From: Somniosus microcephalus
Taxonomy: Eukaryota
Assembly (NCBI GenBank): GCA_052327205.1
Contig: CM126203.1
Span: 226,858,001 to 226,922,000, forward strand
Direction of reading: 5' to 3'
DNA length: 64,000 nt
Shown here: positions 47,337-59,964 of the stretch, one piece after another
How positions within the stretch are numbered: the first letter of the stretch is position 1
Layout of the letters: each line of letters begins with the position of its first letter
Translations under genes and position numbers: made by a program
Notes under the pieces: generated by a model
Database searches by the model: none
The model's input: the letters and a program-made list of their open reading frames with translations, nothing else
Told to the model about the DNA's origin: nothing

Positions 47337-49260
47337 TAGGGTTGCGAAGGGGTGGAAAGTTTCCGGAAATTTTCCATGGGAAGTTTAGCTTGGGAATTTT
47401 GCCCAAAAAAGCACATGCTAGCATAATATTGTTTTTTATTTTTTTTGTATTTCTTTCATTTTTTTTCACGGGTCCTCTCTTAAAATTACTAACAGAGATG
47501 GAATCTTAATTATTAAGGAATTTCTTAATCAATATATGTTTATCTTCTTACTTGGCTTGTTTTAATAATTACTAGTTTTGTGTGTGACTGTGAACAAATG
47601 TGTCCTGATTGAGTGGATGAGCGATTAGCTCCCTTTATTGGTGATGTAGCGTCGTGTGTGCACAGGTCATGCTTCCATCACATGGAGCATCAGGAAAAAT
47701 TTACTCACTGTGTTGCAGTCGTGCTGATCGACCACAGTTCAACACAGAGACGCATGCCCTTTATTTCTCTGCATAGAACAATGCCACGTTTACCATCGGA
47801 TGTGTGGAAGTATTTTACCCCAGGCATTAAAGATGGAAAGACTGTGTACATGTGCAAACACTGTACAAAGCCATATGTAAAGAATGCCACAAAGATGCAG
47901 CAGCATTTATCCAAATGCAACAGCTTCACTCAAAGCTCACAGCAGTCAGCCCAGAGTTCCTCTGCTTCCATTCAAGAAGATGATGGTTCGCATTCAGCAT
48001 CAGGCTCCTTATCATCAGCACCTCCTGGCCCACTTGGAAGGTTCTTTGATACAATGGATAACCATAGCCAGAAGAATGCAGATGAGTGCCTTGCTCGAGC
48101 TGTATATGCGACAGGCTCACCCCTCATGCTCACAGCCAATGTGTACTGGAAGAGATTTTTCAATGTTATTTGCCCTGCATACTGTCCTCCCACCAGACAT
48201 GCTTTGTCTACTTATTTGCTGGAGGCTGAGTATAACAAGAGTCCAAGGAAAGCTCAAAGAAATGATAGAGATGGCAGACTGTGTTGCAGTTACCTCAGAT
48301 GGGTGGTCAAATGTACGAGGGGAGGGCATCATAAACTACATCGTCTCCACTCCTCTCCCAGTGTTCTTCAAGAGCACAGACACGAAGGACAACAGACACA
48401 CAGGCACATACATTGCTGATGAGCTGAAAGCGGTCATCAACGATCTTGGATCACAAAAGGTCTTTGCAGTAGTTACTGACAATGCTGCGAATATGAAGGC
48501 TGCTTGGGTTCAAGTGGAGGAGGCCTACCCTCATATTACGTCTATTGGGTGCGCAGCTCATGGGCTCAACCTGCTCCTCAAGGACATCATGGGTTTGAGA
48601 ACCATGGAAACACTATACAAGAGAGCCAAGCAAGTTGTTAAGTATGTCAGGGGGAACAGGTAGTTGCAGCATCCTACAACTCCAAGCAAACGACAAAGAA
48701 CAAGAACACCACACTGAAGCTGCCATTGCATCGGTGATACTCCAAATCCCACCTTCATCAGCGGCCTCTGAACGAAACTGGTCACTTTTTGGGAATATGC
48801 ATACAAAGGTGCACAACAGGCTGACTAACAAGAGAGTGGAGAAACTGGTGGCTATCCGGGTGAACCTACAACCTATTGAGCCAGATACAGAAGTGTCCAC
48901 CACACAGCTAGACAGTGACACAGAGGAGGAAATGGACACATCCGAGCCAGAGTCAGAGAATCAGGAGGAGCAATGATGAGTAGAAGACTCAAAGGGACAA
49001 AATAAGGACAAATTACAGGCTACATAAGCTGACGCTCTTTTTATTTTATTTAAATTGGGTCTTTTTTGTGGGTTCAAAGTTCAAAATTATAACCTAAATA
49101 AAGTTTTGAAAGCCTGTTTTTATTTGTATGGAACAGTATGTCTATTTTGATGACAAAGGTAATATAAGGGTCAGAGACAAAAACCATCAGTGTGCAAAAA
49201 AACTCTAAATTCCCATGGAAAGTTTCCTCTTTTAAAAATTCCTGGAATTTTGTAACCCTA
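47337..49260 (+). mobile_element. hAT DNA transposon, internally deleted
   Basis: TIR TAGGGTTGC / GTAACCCTA; perfect 8-bp TSD GTAGATAG (47329-47336, 49261-49268); subterminal GGAAAGTTTCC repeats. Confidence 0.95.
47781..48976 (+). pseudogene. hAT transposase remnant (BED zinc finger, DUF659-like catalytic part, C-terminal dimerisation domain)
   Basis: VWKYF..CKHC..HLSKC; SDGWSN; VVTDNAANM; CAAHGLNL; IPPSSAASERNWSLFG; frameshift at ~48235, stop at 48661, deletion at ~48730. Confidence 0.9.
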
Positions 49261-49801
49261 GTAGATAGAGAGAAACTATTTCTACTGGTTGGGGATTCTA
49301 GGATTAGGGGGCATAGTCAAAAATTAGAGCCAGACCTTTCAGGAATGAAATTAGGAAACACTTCTACACCCAAAGGGTAGAAGTTTGGAACTCTCTTCTG
49401 CAAATGTCAATTGATGCTAGATCAATTGTTAATTTTAAATGTGAGATTGATAGATTTTTGTTAATCAAAGGTATTAAGGGATATGGGGCTAAGGTGGGTA
49501 TATGGAGTTCGGTCGCAGATCAGCCATGATCTCATTGAATGGCGGAACAGGCTCGAGGGGCTAAATGGCCTATTCCTGTTCCCATGTCCGCACCCTCCTT
49601 TCTCCTATAAGCCTGATGCTGGCGCTTCTACTGGTTGGAGCACCAGGCCCATGTGATCCCAGGTATGCAGCGCCCCTGTGATCCATGGGCCATTATGCTG
49701 CCCTCGAGTACACCGCATCAAAGAGCAAGCATCAGGTAAGTTCGTATTCAATTCAGATGCTGGCGTCATACCCCGTAGGTACGCCGCTGACCGCAAAATC
49801 T

Positions 49802-50544
49802 GGCTCAGAATTTGCCGGGAAAATAATGACAAGTTTAATGCACGTGCCGTTATTAATGTGTAAATCATCCAGCAATTTGTGGCGAGGAAGAGATACCTCG
49901 AGTTGCGAATCTCCACGAATTGCTGGTCGATTTTTACCACTGTGCCGTTAGCCTTGCTAAAATGGCAGCTCACCCTCAACCTCCCCATGAGTTTCAAGAA
50001 ATTGCTGTATTTGCACAGTACCTATGAATTCACCTCGCCACAGTAAGTTAGCGGCTGGTACTTAACCACGTAACGATCCTTTTAATGATGAGATTTGTGT
50101 TCCTGCAATGCCATTTAACCTCTCCAGCCCAGAAAGGAAGCTGTGGAGTCTCATTCCAGCAGGTAGCAAATTGTTCTTTGGAGATTTTTAAAAAATTTTA
50201 AATTTTATAAAAAGATTTCTTATCTTTCCTTTTCTCTTTATTCCCTCTTAATCCAGTCTTTCTTTCCCTCTATTTCTCTTTCTGTACCTGATTTAACTCT
50301 AATTCGCCCTATTTCCTTCTCCGCTGTTCCTCTGTTTCTTTCACAATCCTTATATCTCATTGGTTAAGGAGATAGACTGTTGGTCCCATCGTGCAGCAAG
50401 GTGACAGAAGCTCCATTGCCCTTGCTTATCAGCTTGAACTTCCAGCAATATGCGACACATGCAAATTTTGAGCTGAAGGGTGAGGCAAAAAGTCTAACTA
50501 ACGGGGCATGCCGTAAGATGCCCTGCTCCAGCAAACCCTGGGCC
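49802..50544. mobile_element. Harbinger-like MITE (inverted copy at 52435-53109)
   Basis: Ends GGCTCAGAATTTGC / GCAAACCCTGGGCC; extensive reverse-complement similarity to 52435-53109. Confidence 0.75.
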
Positions 50545-50687
50545 ATTGTTTGTTTCTGACCTGTCAGAGTCTGTATCACATTTACCCACTGAGTTACTGG
50601 AGGAACCCAACACTAAAGCATTGTTCACTCAGGAGCTTGAACACTGAATTCCCCGAGTCCTACATATATCCCAACTAATCCCCTCTT

Positions 50688-50975
50688 TCATAGAAACATA
50701 GAAGATAGGAGCAGGAGTAGGCCATTCGGCCCCTCGAGCCGGCTCTGCCATTCAATGCGATCATGGCTGATCATCCAAATTCAGTACCCTGTCCCTGCCT
50801 TCTCCCCATATCCCTTGATCCCTTTAGCCTTAAGAAATATATCTAACTCCTTCTTGAATATATTTTAATGAATTGGCCTCAACTGCCTTCTGTGGTAGAG
50901 AATTCCACAGGTTCACCACTCTCTGGGTGAAGAAATTCCTCCTCATCTCTGTCCTAAATGGCGTACCCCTTTTTT
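50688..50975 (-). mobile_element. CR1 3' tail fragment
   Basis: CATAGAAACATAGAA tail followed by GGCCATTCGGCCCCTCGAGCC. Confidence 0.85.
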
Positions 50976-50980
50976 TTGCA

Positions 50981-51125
50981 TGAAAGAGGAGTTGGGGTGA
51001 GGGGGGTTTGGAGAGTAGGGGGTGAAAGAGGAGTTGGGGTGAGGAGGGTTGGAGAGTAGGGGAGAAAAAGGAGTTGGGGTGAGGAGGGTTGGAGAGTAGG
51101 GGAGAAAAAGGAGTTGGGGTGAGGG
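50981..51125 (+). repeat. Purine-rich ~40-bp tandem repeat, ~3.5 copies
   Basis: GGAGTTGGGGTGAGGAGGGTTGGAGAGTAGGGGAGAAAAA units. Confidence 0.9.
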
Positions 51126-51556
51126 TTTTTTCTTATTCGTTCATGGGATGTGGGCGTCACTGGCAAAGCCAGCATTTATTGTCCATCCCTGGTTGCCCTT
51201 GAGAAGGTGGTGGTGAGCTGCCTTCTTGAACCGCTGCAGTCCGTGTGGTGAATGTACTCCCACAGTGCTGTTAGAGAGGGAGTTCCAGGATTTTGACCCA
51301 ACAACGATGAAGGACCGGCGATATACTTCCAAATCAGGATGGTGTGACTTGGAGCTGAACTTGGAAGTGGTGGTGTTCCCATGTGCCTACTGCCCTTGTC
51401 CTTCTCGGTGGTAGAGGTCACTGGTTTGGGAGGTGCTGCTGAAGAAGCCTTGGCAAGTTGCTGCAGTGCATCTTGTAGATGGTACACACTGCAGCCACGG
51501 TACGTCTGTGGTGGAGGGAGTGAATGTTTAAGGTGGTGGATGGGGTGCCAATCAAG
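51126..51556 (-). mobile_element. LINE-A 3' fragment
   Basis: Direct similarity to 1735-2162. Confidence 0.88.
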
Positions 51557-52258
51557 TGGGACGTTTAATCATTTCTCATCTGATCTGTAGATGGATGTAT
51601 TACATATTACCTAATTATTCCTGGGATCTTTCTCCTGGCTGGGGAAGAAAACTGGGAAAGACTGATAATGTGATTCATCAAGCTGGCCAGTGGCAATGCA
51701 AGGTCTGTTTGTGTCAGTACAATTCCATGATCAGTTAGCCATATTTTTCATAGTCAGTGGGAAGTATAACATTGATAGGTTCACCTCTATTGTATTTTAT
51801 GTTCTCACTGCCTTCCCTTAAGTGAATTTGCTGACTAATGCACAGGAAGCTTGTTGTTTATGAAATGCTGTGTGCCCTTGTGCATCTTTCATTTCTCCTT
51901 AATCTGCAACTTGTTCTTAATACAGACACTTGCATTGTTGCAGATGTAGACACTTTATCACGGAGAGAACATGTAGATCTGTAACCGCATTACTAATCTG
52001 CCTTACAAGCTAATTAGAAGTTGCTGTTAACTGAGGAAGTGCGACAGCATTTCTTGTGGCTCTCAGCTTCTTGATGGGTTTACTTGTGGTACTCATGTTA
52101 TTTAGGGAATTCATATCTGTTATACAATCTTCAATTAAAAATCCTTGGGCTAAACTTCACTGATAAAATTTCAGAATTTCAGTCATGCAGAAGGCTAAGC
52201 CTTTAATTGATTTCAGCAGCATTTTCCCAGAGATATATTTTGAATATTTGAAGTCAGT

Positions 52259-52409
52259 GGGCTGGATTTTGCTACGGGGGCGGGTTGGAGGTGGGAAACC
52301 CACATTCGGGCTTGTTGTCCCGCCTCCATGGAGATGTGGCCAACCCACTGGATTTTCCTCTGATTGACCTTGTTGAGCCCGCCCTGTGGGGCTTAGGAAA
52401 ATCCAGCCC
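52259..52409. mobile_element. 151-bp Harbinger-like mini-MITE
   Basis: 12-bp perfect TIR GGGCTGGATTTT / AAAATCCAGCCC; TSD not preserved. Confidence 0.65.
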
Positions 52410-52434
52410 AAAGACATTGAAACCGACCACAAAT

Positions 52435-53109
52435 GGCCCAGAATTTGCTGGAGTGGGGCATCTTGTGGTATGCCTCATTATTTAGACTTTTTCCCTCTCC
52501 CTACAACTCATCAGCAATTTTTGTGCAAATTTTTTTTAACAGCTTGGCGAGATCAGCAGAGCATCTGGGACTTTGGTGAACAATGGGACCAATGGTGTAT
52601 CTTCTTAACCAATGAGATTTAAGGATTGAGAACGAAACAGAGGAACGACCGAGAAGGCAATAGGGTGAATTAGTCAAATCAGGTACAGAAAGAGAAACCG
52701 AGAGATGGAAAGAAAGATTGGATTAGGAGAGAGAAAATAGAGGAAAAAGAAAAATCCCCAAGAACAATTTGCAACCTGTAGGAATGACTCCACGTTTTCA
52801 ATGGTTCCCTTTCTGAGCTGAAGGGATTAAGTGGCATTGCAGGGACATAAATATTGTCATTAACAGAGTCCTTACGCTGTTAAGTACCAGCCCTAATTTT
52901 CTACGGCGAGTTTACTTGGAAATTAATGCACAAATGCAGCAATTTCTTGAAACTGACGGGAAGTTTGACAGCGAGCTGCCATTTTCCAGTAATTTGTGGC
53001 GATTCACAGCCCATGAGGTATCACTTCCTCGCCACAAATAGCTGGATGATTTACACAGTAACAGCGTGCGCATTAAACTTGCTGATATTTTTCCAGCAAT
53101 TTCTGGCCC
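52435..53109. mobile_element. Harbinger-like MITE
   Basis: TIR GGCCCAGAATTTGCTGG / CCAGCAATTTCTGGCCC; flanks AAT/ATT. Confidence 0.8.
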
Positions 53110-53543
53110 ATTGTCCCATCACTGATTGTTGCAGTGCAGTTGATGAGCGTGGAAGTTCCCTTTGAACAGTAAAAATAACCCAACAGTAAAGTAGAGTGCA
53201 CTTTGCTCATCAACTACAAACTGATAATCCATGCCTGAAACTACAGGCCGCATCCATGCCTTGAGTTATTCTCGAGGTTTATTGATTTTGTTTCCTTGAA
53301 AGTTATTTTGTTTGTAAGAAGTAGAAATTTTTAAAAGAAATTAATTTTAATCTCACGATCACTGAGTTTAAAAAGTGCTTTTTTCAAAGCAGTATTTTAC
53401 ATTGGAGTAGTTAAAAAACTGGGCATAAGGTGGTGTGTGTTAATGGTACAATACCAAAACTGTACATAGATAGAAAGGTTTAAGTTCAAGATCCATGCCA
53501 TTGGAATTCACAGAGGCTTCTCCTCCCTATTCACTCAGATATT

Positions 53544-54311
53544 GGGCCAGAAATTAGGTTCGGGGGCTTGCCGCACGTGCAAGCCCCCGATGTGCACTTA
53601 CCCGGCGCGCTGACATTTCAATCCTGGCCCGCATTGCATTTCCTGTCACTGGCCCGCTTCAGGTCCTGCCGCGCTGTGCGTGCGTGACCCAGCGGCGTAC
53701 TTAGTGCGATGAGCCGGCTGGGATCACGTGAGCACTGGGCAACCAATGGGAGGTTGCAAAAGTTCATTCATGAGTTTGATAGTAAGAACTGTCAAACTCA
53801 TGAAAACTCCTGGCCTCAAAACACTACTTAAACTTGAAAGAAAATTTAAAAAAAACATCGCACTACTTAAATAAATGATAAATAACTGTAAAAAAACTAT
53901 TTTAAACAATAATTTTAAATTTTGAAAAAAATTATTATATAAAAAATCGGGGCTAAAAATACACTTACCTTACTGTAAAGTCTTCAAAAAAAAAAGAACC
54001 TGTGGAAAAATTTTCTAATTTAACTTAATAGACCACTTACCTGTTAAAAGTAAGCACTTACGGCTGCTTTTTCCACGCGTAAAAACCGGAGTCTTTTCCC
54101 CACGGGCAACTCTAATAAAAAAAGGGAAGTTCAGCGCGCACGCGCTGCCTGATACGTCGTACACGTTCCGCCTCTTAACCCCTTGGGTCAGAGGAGAGGA
54201 AATGCCGGTTTTCCCCGCATGCGTTGTGCATGCTGAAAACCGGCAATTCCTCCGGGCCCACGCGTGAGTACCCCGTCCGTACTCACGCGTTGGGACAGGA
54301 ATTACTGGCCC
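53544..54311. mobile_element. Harbinger-like MITE with GC-rich arms, AT-rich core and subterminal hairpins
   Basis: TIR GGGCCAGAAATT / AATTACTGGCCC; flanks ATT/AAT. Confidence 0.8.
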
Positions 54312-55364
54312 AATAAGCTGCTGATTTTGATTGGGTTCAAGTGGAGGATGAAAGTGGCAGGTAAACTGTAATGGAGAGAATTGGTTCATGTTGCTACAGT
54401 ATCTTTGAGCTAGACATAGCACGCAGGATATTCCTTAAGGTGGATCTGATTACCTGTTTCTCTATCAGACAGGGTCAACAGAGTGCAGGGTACATTTTTG
54501 AAAAGGAACATAACTTTAAAGTGAGAAATATTCAAAAAGTTAAAAAATTTAATCATGAACAACTTGATGACACAACAGGCTGCTGGACTTGTGGATATGT
54601 AATGGTAGAATAGTAGGTATCTCTAACCGACCATCATTCACCACGTTGGGAGTTCCTGATCTTAGCTGTTTGGGAGAATAGGAGGCAAAGATAAAATGGC
54701 AATTAAGTTGCAGTGCCATTTGATCCATTGTTGCAGCCTGGCCCTAGAGGCTTAAGAACCGGTTGTCTGCTCCCTCTTAACGGTGGAATGTTGTGAGAGG
54801 AAGGGAAACCAAAAGTATATTGCTTAAAAAGAGGCAGTTGTCTGACTACATTGGATCATTGATCGGATATGTTAACGTGTGTCTGTTTGTTTGATTTTCT
54901 TCAAAGTCTCTCTTCCCAGTGACCAGTGTTGTCACAGGTTATTTTATTCTTTCAAACTAAGTTTGAGTTGTCTCAATCCATTCCTAGTGGGTGTGGGCCC
55001 ACGGCACAAATTGTATTAAATAGGCAATCTGAGTTAGAATGAGATTGGGTTTTTTTTCTTCCTCTTTCTCCTGTTGCTGTTTTATTGCTATTTTTGATCT
55101 TCCTCTTAGCTTGTAAAACCTTTGTTTTTGAAAGAAATGAACTTCACAGTTGAGAGTTTTGGGGAAGTGTTTAAGTTCTGTTAAGTCCTTTATTTTATTT
55201 CCCTCTTTTTTTTTCATTATATTTTCATTGGTCAGCAGAAATGGAGATAAACAGATCTGTGGCATATGTGGCAAACAAGTTGATGAGAAATGTCTGGAAA
55301 CACACAGTAGCAGCAGGACCTGAGGGTGAAAGTACACAAGTTCTTGAAGGTCGAAAGTTGAGAA

Positions 55365-56018
55365 GACTAATTAAAAAGTCACGCAGGATCCTGGGCTTTA
55401 TAAAAAGAGGCATTGAGTACAAGAGCAAGGAAGTTATGGTAAACCTTTATAAAACACTGGTTAGGCCCCAGCTGGAGCATTGTGGCCAATTCTGGGCACC
55501 GCACTTTTTAGGAAGGGTGCCAAGGCCTTGGAGGGTGCAGAGGAGATTTACTAGAATGGTACCAGAGATGAAAGAGTTCAGTTATGTGGAGAGACTAGAG
55601 AAACTGAGATTATGTTTCTTGGAACACAGAAGGTTAAGGGGAGATTTGATCGAGGTGTTCAAAATCATGAATGGTTTTGATAGAGTAAATAAGGAAAAAC
55701 TGTTTCCAGTGGCAGAAGGGTCAGTAACCCGAGGACACAGATTTAGGGTAATTGGTAAGATAACCAGAGGCGACACGAAGAAAAAATGTTTTACGCAGCG
55801 AGTTGTTATGATCTGGAATGCACTGCCCGAAAGGGTGTGGGAAGCAGATTCAATAATAACTTTCAAAAGGGAATTTGATAAATACTTCAAAAGGAAAAAT
55901 TTATAGGGCTATGGGGATAGAGCAGGGGAGTGGGACAAATTGAATAGCACTACCAAAGAGCCGGCATAGGCACAATGGGCCGAATGACTTTTTTCTGTGC
56001 TGTATCATTCTATGATTT
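55365..56018 (+). mobile_element. CR1 3' fragment
   Basis: ORF 55241-55906 (LGFIKRGIEYKSKEVM..LVRPQLE..RRLRGDLIEVFK..WNALP); tail ATTCTATGATT. Confidence 0.9.
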
Positions 56019-56581
56019 TATGTTCAGAATGGGTCTGATTGCCTTTGCTTTGGGTTCCTTGTCTGAATAAAGTATTGACCAGTGACTTTTTATTCCGAGT
56101 TACTTGCCAATTCTCTCTAAAAGCGCTGTTGATTATTAGGAACAAATAATGTCTTGGATGCCTTAATCTACTCTTGGCACATATACAGTTGAAATGTGGA
56201 GCCATTACCTCCATGATAGTATTAAAAAGGCATGGTATTCATGAAAGTGTGTGTGGCAGACTTTTGTTTACATACAACACAATTGGTTCTACAATGTGCT
56301 CTCCTCCATTATCAGATTTTAAAAAGTAAAGGTTTATCAAATATTTTTTCATGAAATGAATCCTTCTTTATAGTCAAGGTCATTATTTACTGCTTCAGCA
56401 AATTATAGGTGAGAAATGTGGTACCAATGTATAATAATCAGAGCCCGAAGGCAGATAGAGGAGCGTAAATGACTGATTTTGATGCATTATGCAGTGGTCA
56501 GGAACAGTTATGATGCAGTCACATAGTGTTTGCCATGTTCATTGTATAAAATGAATGATACCTATGTAATGCTCTGCTGTA

Positions 56582-57820
56582 TAACAACAACTTGCATTTA
56601 TATAACGCCTCTAACGTAAAATGCCCCAAGGCGCTTTATGGGAGCATTATCAAACAAAATTTGACACCGAGCCACGTGAGATACTAGGACAGATGGTCAA
56701 ATAGGTAGCTTTTAAGGAGTGTCTTAAAGGAGGAGAGAGAGGTAGAGAGGCGGAGAGGTTTAGGAAGGGAATTCCAGAGCTTAGGGTCGAGGTAGCTGAA
56801 GGCATTGTTGCCAATGGTGGAGCGATTAAAATCAGGGATGCGTAAGAGGTCAGAATTGGAGAAACTCAGATATCTGAGGGTTGTTGGGCTGGAGGAGGTT
56901 AGAGAGATGAGGAAGGGCGACGCATGGAGGGATTTGAAAACTACAATGAGCACAGGAGTGATGGGTCAACGGGACTTGGAGCGAGTTAGGAGAGGCAGCA
57001 GAGTTTTGGATGAACTCCAGTTTACGGAGGGTGCAAGGTGGGAGGCAGGCCTGGAAAGCATTGAAATAGTCGAGTCTAGAGGTAACGAAGGCATGGATGA
57101 GGATCTCAACAGCAGATGAGCTGAGGCAGGGGTGGAGTCGGATGACGTTACGGAGGTGGAAGTAGGCGTTCTTGGTGATGGAGAGCATGCTTGTCAAAAG
57201 CTCAGCTTGGGGTCAAATGGGATGCCAAGGTTGCGAACAGTGTGGTTCAGCCTCAGACAGTTGCCAGAGAGCACGATGGAGTCGGTGGCTAGGGAACGGA
57301 GTTTGTGGTGAGAACTGAAGAAAATGACTTCAGTCTTCCCAATATTTAATTGGAGAAAATTTCTGCTTATCCAATACTGGATGTCAGATGAGCAGTGTGA
57401 CTAATCAGAGGCCGTGGAGGGGTCGAGAGAGGTGGTGGTCAGGTAGAGCTGGGTGTCACCAGCATACATGTGGAACTTGACGTTGTGTTTTCGGATGATG
57501 TCACCAAGGAGCAGCATGTAGATGAGAAATAGGAGAGGACCAAGGAGACCTCTTGGGGGACTCCAGAGTTAACGGTGCGGAAGCAGGAAGAGAAGCCATT
57601 ACAGGTGATTCTCTGGCTTCAACTGGATAGATAGGAATGGAACCAGGCAAAGGCAGTCCCAACAAGCTGGACGTCTGAGGAGAATCATTGGAGGAGGTAA
57701 GTGTGGTCAAAGGCTGCAGAAGGATGATGAGAAGGATGAGGAAGGATAGTTTACCATGGTCACAATCACACACAATGTAATTTGTGACTTGGATAAGGGC
57801 CGTTTCAGTGCTGTGGCGGG
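56582..57820 (-). mobile_element. L2 LINE fragment (RT to tail)
   Basis: HSTETAL..; AYFHLRN..LIHAFVTSRLDY; tail ACAACAACTTGCATTTATAT. Confidence 0.88.
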
Positions 57821-58386
57821 GCGGATATCTGATGAAACCTAAGAGCAATAACAAACAAAAAAAAAATACTTGCCAGCAAGACACCTAAATGTCATGTTAT
57901 GCAGCATCGAAGAGTGCAAGTGACTGGGAATGATTTTCTGTAGAAGCACAGTAAATATGGGCAGGATTACAATGTTCTAGATCACACATATAGAAGTAAT
58001 GAAACTGTGCTTCTATGAAATATTTACAGCAACCTAGGAATACTTAAAATTGTAGACAAGAAGAGTTGAAGGTTAAATGAGCTGTCTTTTATATATAATT
58101 TTAAATAACATTGCACTCTCTTGTGTAGCTTGTTCTGAACACCTGGGTCATGCTGCTCTCCAAGGTCTGCTGGGATTAATTATAGTGATAATAATCTGTA
58201 GGATACGCGGGGAAAGGGAAAGCAGCGGAAATCCACAGCTGCAGCTACCCATGAATTAAACTTGGGCCTGTTGAGGAGCAATAACATTGGCTAACTTTTT
58301 TTTTTAATTTCTAGGATATCAGTATTTATGTGATTCTTAATCATGATTCTAGCACTTGTCTGTGGCCTCTTGAGGTGACAAATGCC

Positions 58387-58936
58387 TGTAGGGCAAAAAC
58401 AAATCACGATTCAAATCCCACTTATCTGTTACATTACCAATCAAATAGCCGAGTACCTTTATTAGAACAAATCAAAAGTAACAAAGAAAGTACCAACGAG
58501 GAACAAGTAACCAGCAGAATATCAAGCAATCAAATCCCTCTTTTTTTTCCCCCAAAGCTACCATTTGTAAGCCAGTAACTACCACAAAATTAGTCAGTCA
58601 CATTGTTCAGATAATTTCTTCTCAAAGATTTTGATTGCCATTTTTCTTTTCTACTCTGCCAAGTGCAACAGCTAGAAATAATACTAGCAACATACACAAA
58701 TAAAAAGCAAATTCTGGAGTAAGAAAATCACTAAACTTCCTTCTTAAATCGAATACGTAGAATTAGAAATGGCTGCAAGTAGGTTCCCCTGTCAGGAACC
58801 AGAAGCTGGAGTTCGAGATTTCACCTGGACTTGGGCACTGTGGATAGCCAGCTGCTGTAAACAATCATCTGTGTTTGAGAGAAATGCATTATGGGAGTTG
58901 TAGTTTTCACCCCTTTCTCACTCCTATCCAGTTACA
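58387..58936 (-). mobile_element. Probable solo LTR (~550 bp)
   Basis: TGTA..TTACA ends; flanks ATGCC/ATACC (4/5); AATAAA on the minus strand at ~58458; ZNF143-type motif near the putative U3 end. Confidence 0.5.
58885..58906 (-). promoter_or_regulatory. ZNF143/THAP11-type composite motif AAACTACAACTCCCATAATGCA
   Basis: Close match to the vertebrate ACTACAnnTCCCAnnATGC promoter motif. Confidence 0.6.
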
Positions 58937-59004
58937 ATACCAAAGTGTGCTGTGATATGCGGGGAAAGGGAAAAGAGCAAAAATCCACAGCTGCAGCTAC
59001 CAGG

Positions 59005-59115
59005 GTATGCTGATGAGAGTTAGATGAAGTAGAGTGGGAGGAGACTTGTGTGGAGCATAAACACTGGCACAGACCAGTTGGGCTGAAGGGCCTATTTCTG
59101 TGCTGCAAATTCTAT
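59005..59115 (+). mobile_element. CR1-type 3' tail fragment
   Basis: Reverse complement of 40150-40250. Confidence 0.65.
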
Positions 59116-59964
59116 ATTACCATATTTAGAAATAGTAACTGTGAGAGATAAGTGGCAGTAAAAGCATCAAAAATGAAAGTATTTTAAGCCATTAAATAAA
59201 GTGAGCTAATGGTGCTTAGAATGATTGTTTTGGGGTAACTGAGAGCGACTGCTATATTTGCAGGGCTCACAGTTTTAAGGTGCTTTGATGATGCCCTTAC
59301 ATATTTCTGCTAGACCTAGTCGATCAGCCAGGCCCAGACTGTGGTGACTGACCACTTGTTCAGACTCAATAATGGGGGTTGGGGCAGCTCACTGGGCAGT
59401 ATTAGAACTTCAGCAAGAGCTGCAAATCCATTTTGGGGGAAAAAGCCTCTTATTTGATCCTGCCAGTCACACTTTAAAAAGAGACAAAGCCAGGGCTCTG
59501 ACTTTCAGCCTGGATAGCAATTATATTTTGAATGAATTTATGCGATGTTTACTTAACAGCAAGTAGGTTTTGTGACCTTAAAGGGAGACATGTCACCTTA
59601 GCAATAGAATAATGTCACTGTGCATTACATTACATGGTATAACTCTCCTGCCTTTAAACAACCATACAGGAAGTTAGGATTTTTTTCACTAAGGGATGTA
59701 GGTCTTCATTATAAACTGTATAGTGATAAATTGTTTCCACTGTTTGGCAAGAAGGTAATGAGGACACAATTTAAGCTAATCAAAAGAATTAGAGGGCAAT
59801 GTCACATTTTGTATTTTTTAAAGCTATTTTTCCACAGTTCTGTAATGAGAATTACCTTTTAAATGTTGGGTTTTTAAAGCAAAGTGTTTTCATATACATT
59901 TGGAAAAAACCACACCAAGATCAATCATGGTTAATATGGTGATCGAAAACTCTACTGCCAGTAT

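Larger units (their letters stand above)
47122..49587 (+). mobile_element. CR1 3' fragment interrupted by the hAT element
   Basis: QFWAPH.RKDILALEGVQRRFTRMIPG..RRLRGDL; resumes at 49261 (VDREKLF) through the tail. Confidence 0.88.

Noticed and set aside
55241-55906. 221-aa ORF as a host gene
   Set aside because: It is the CR1 ORF2 C-terminus with a chance upstream extension
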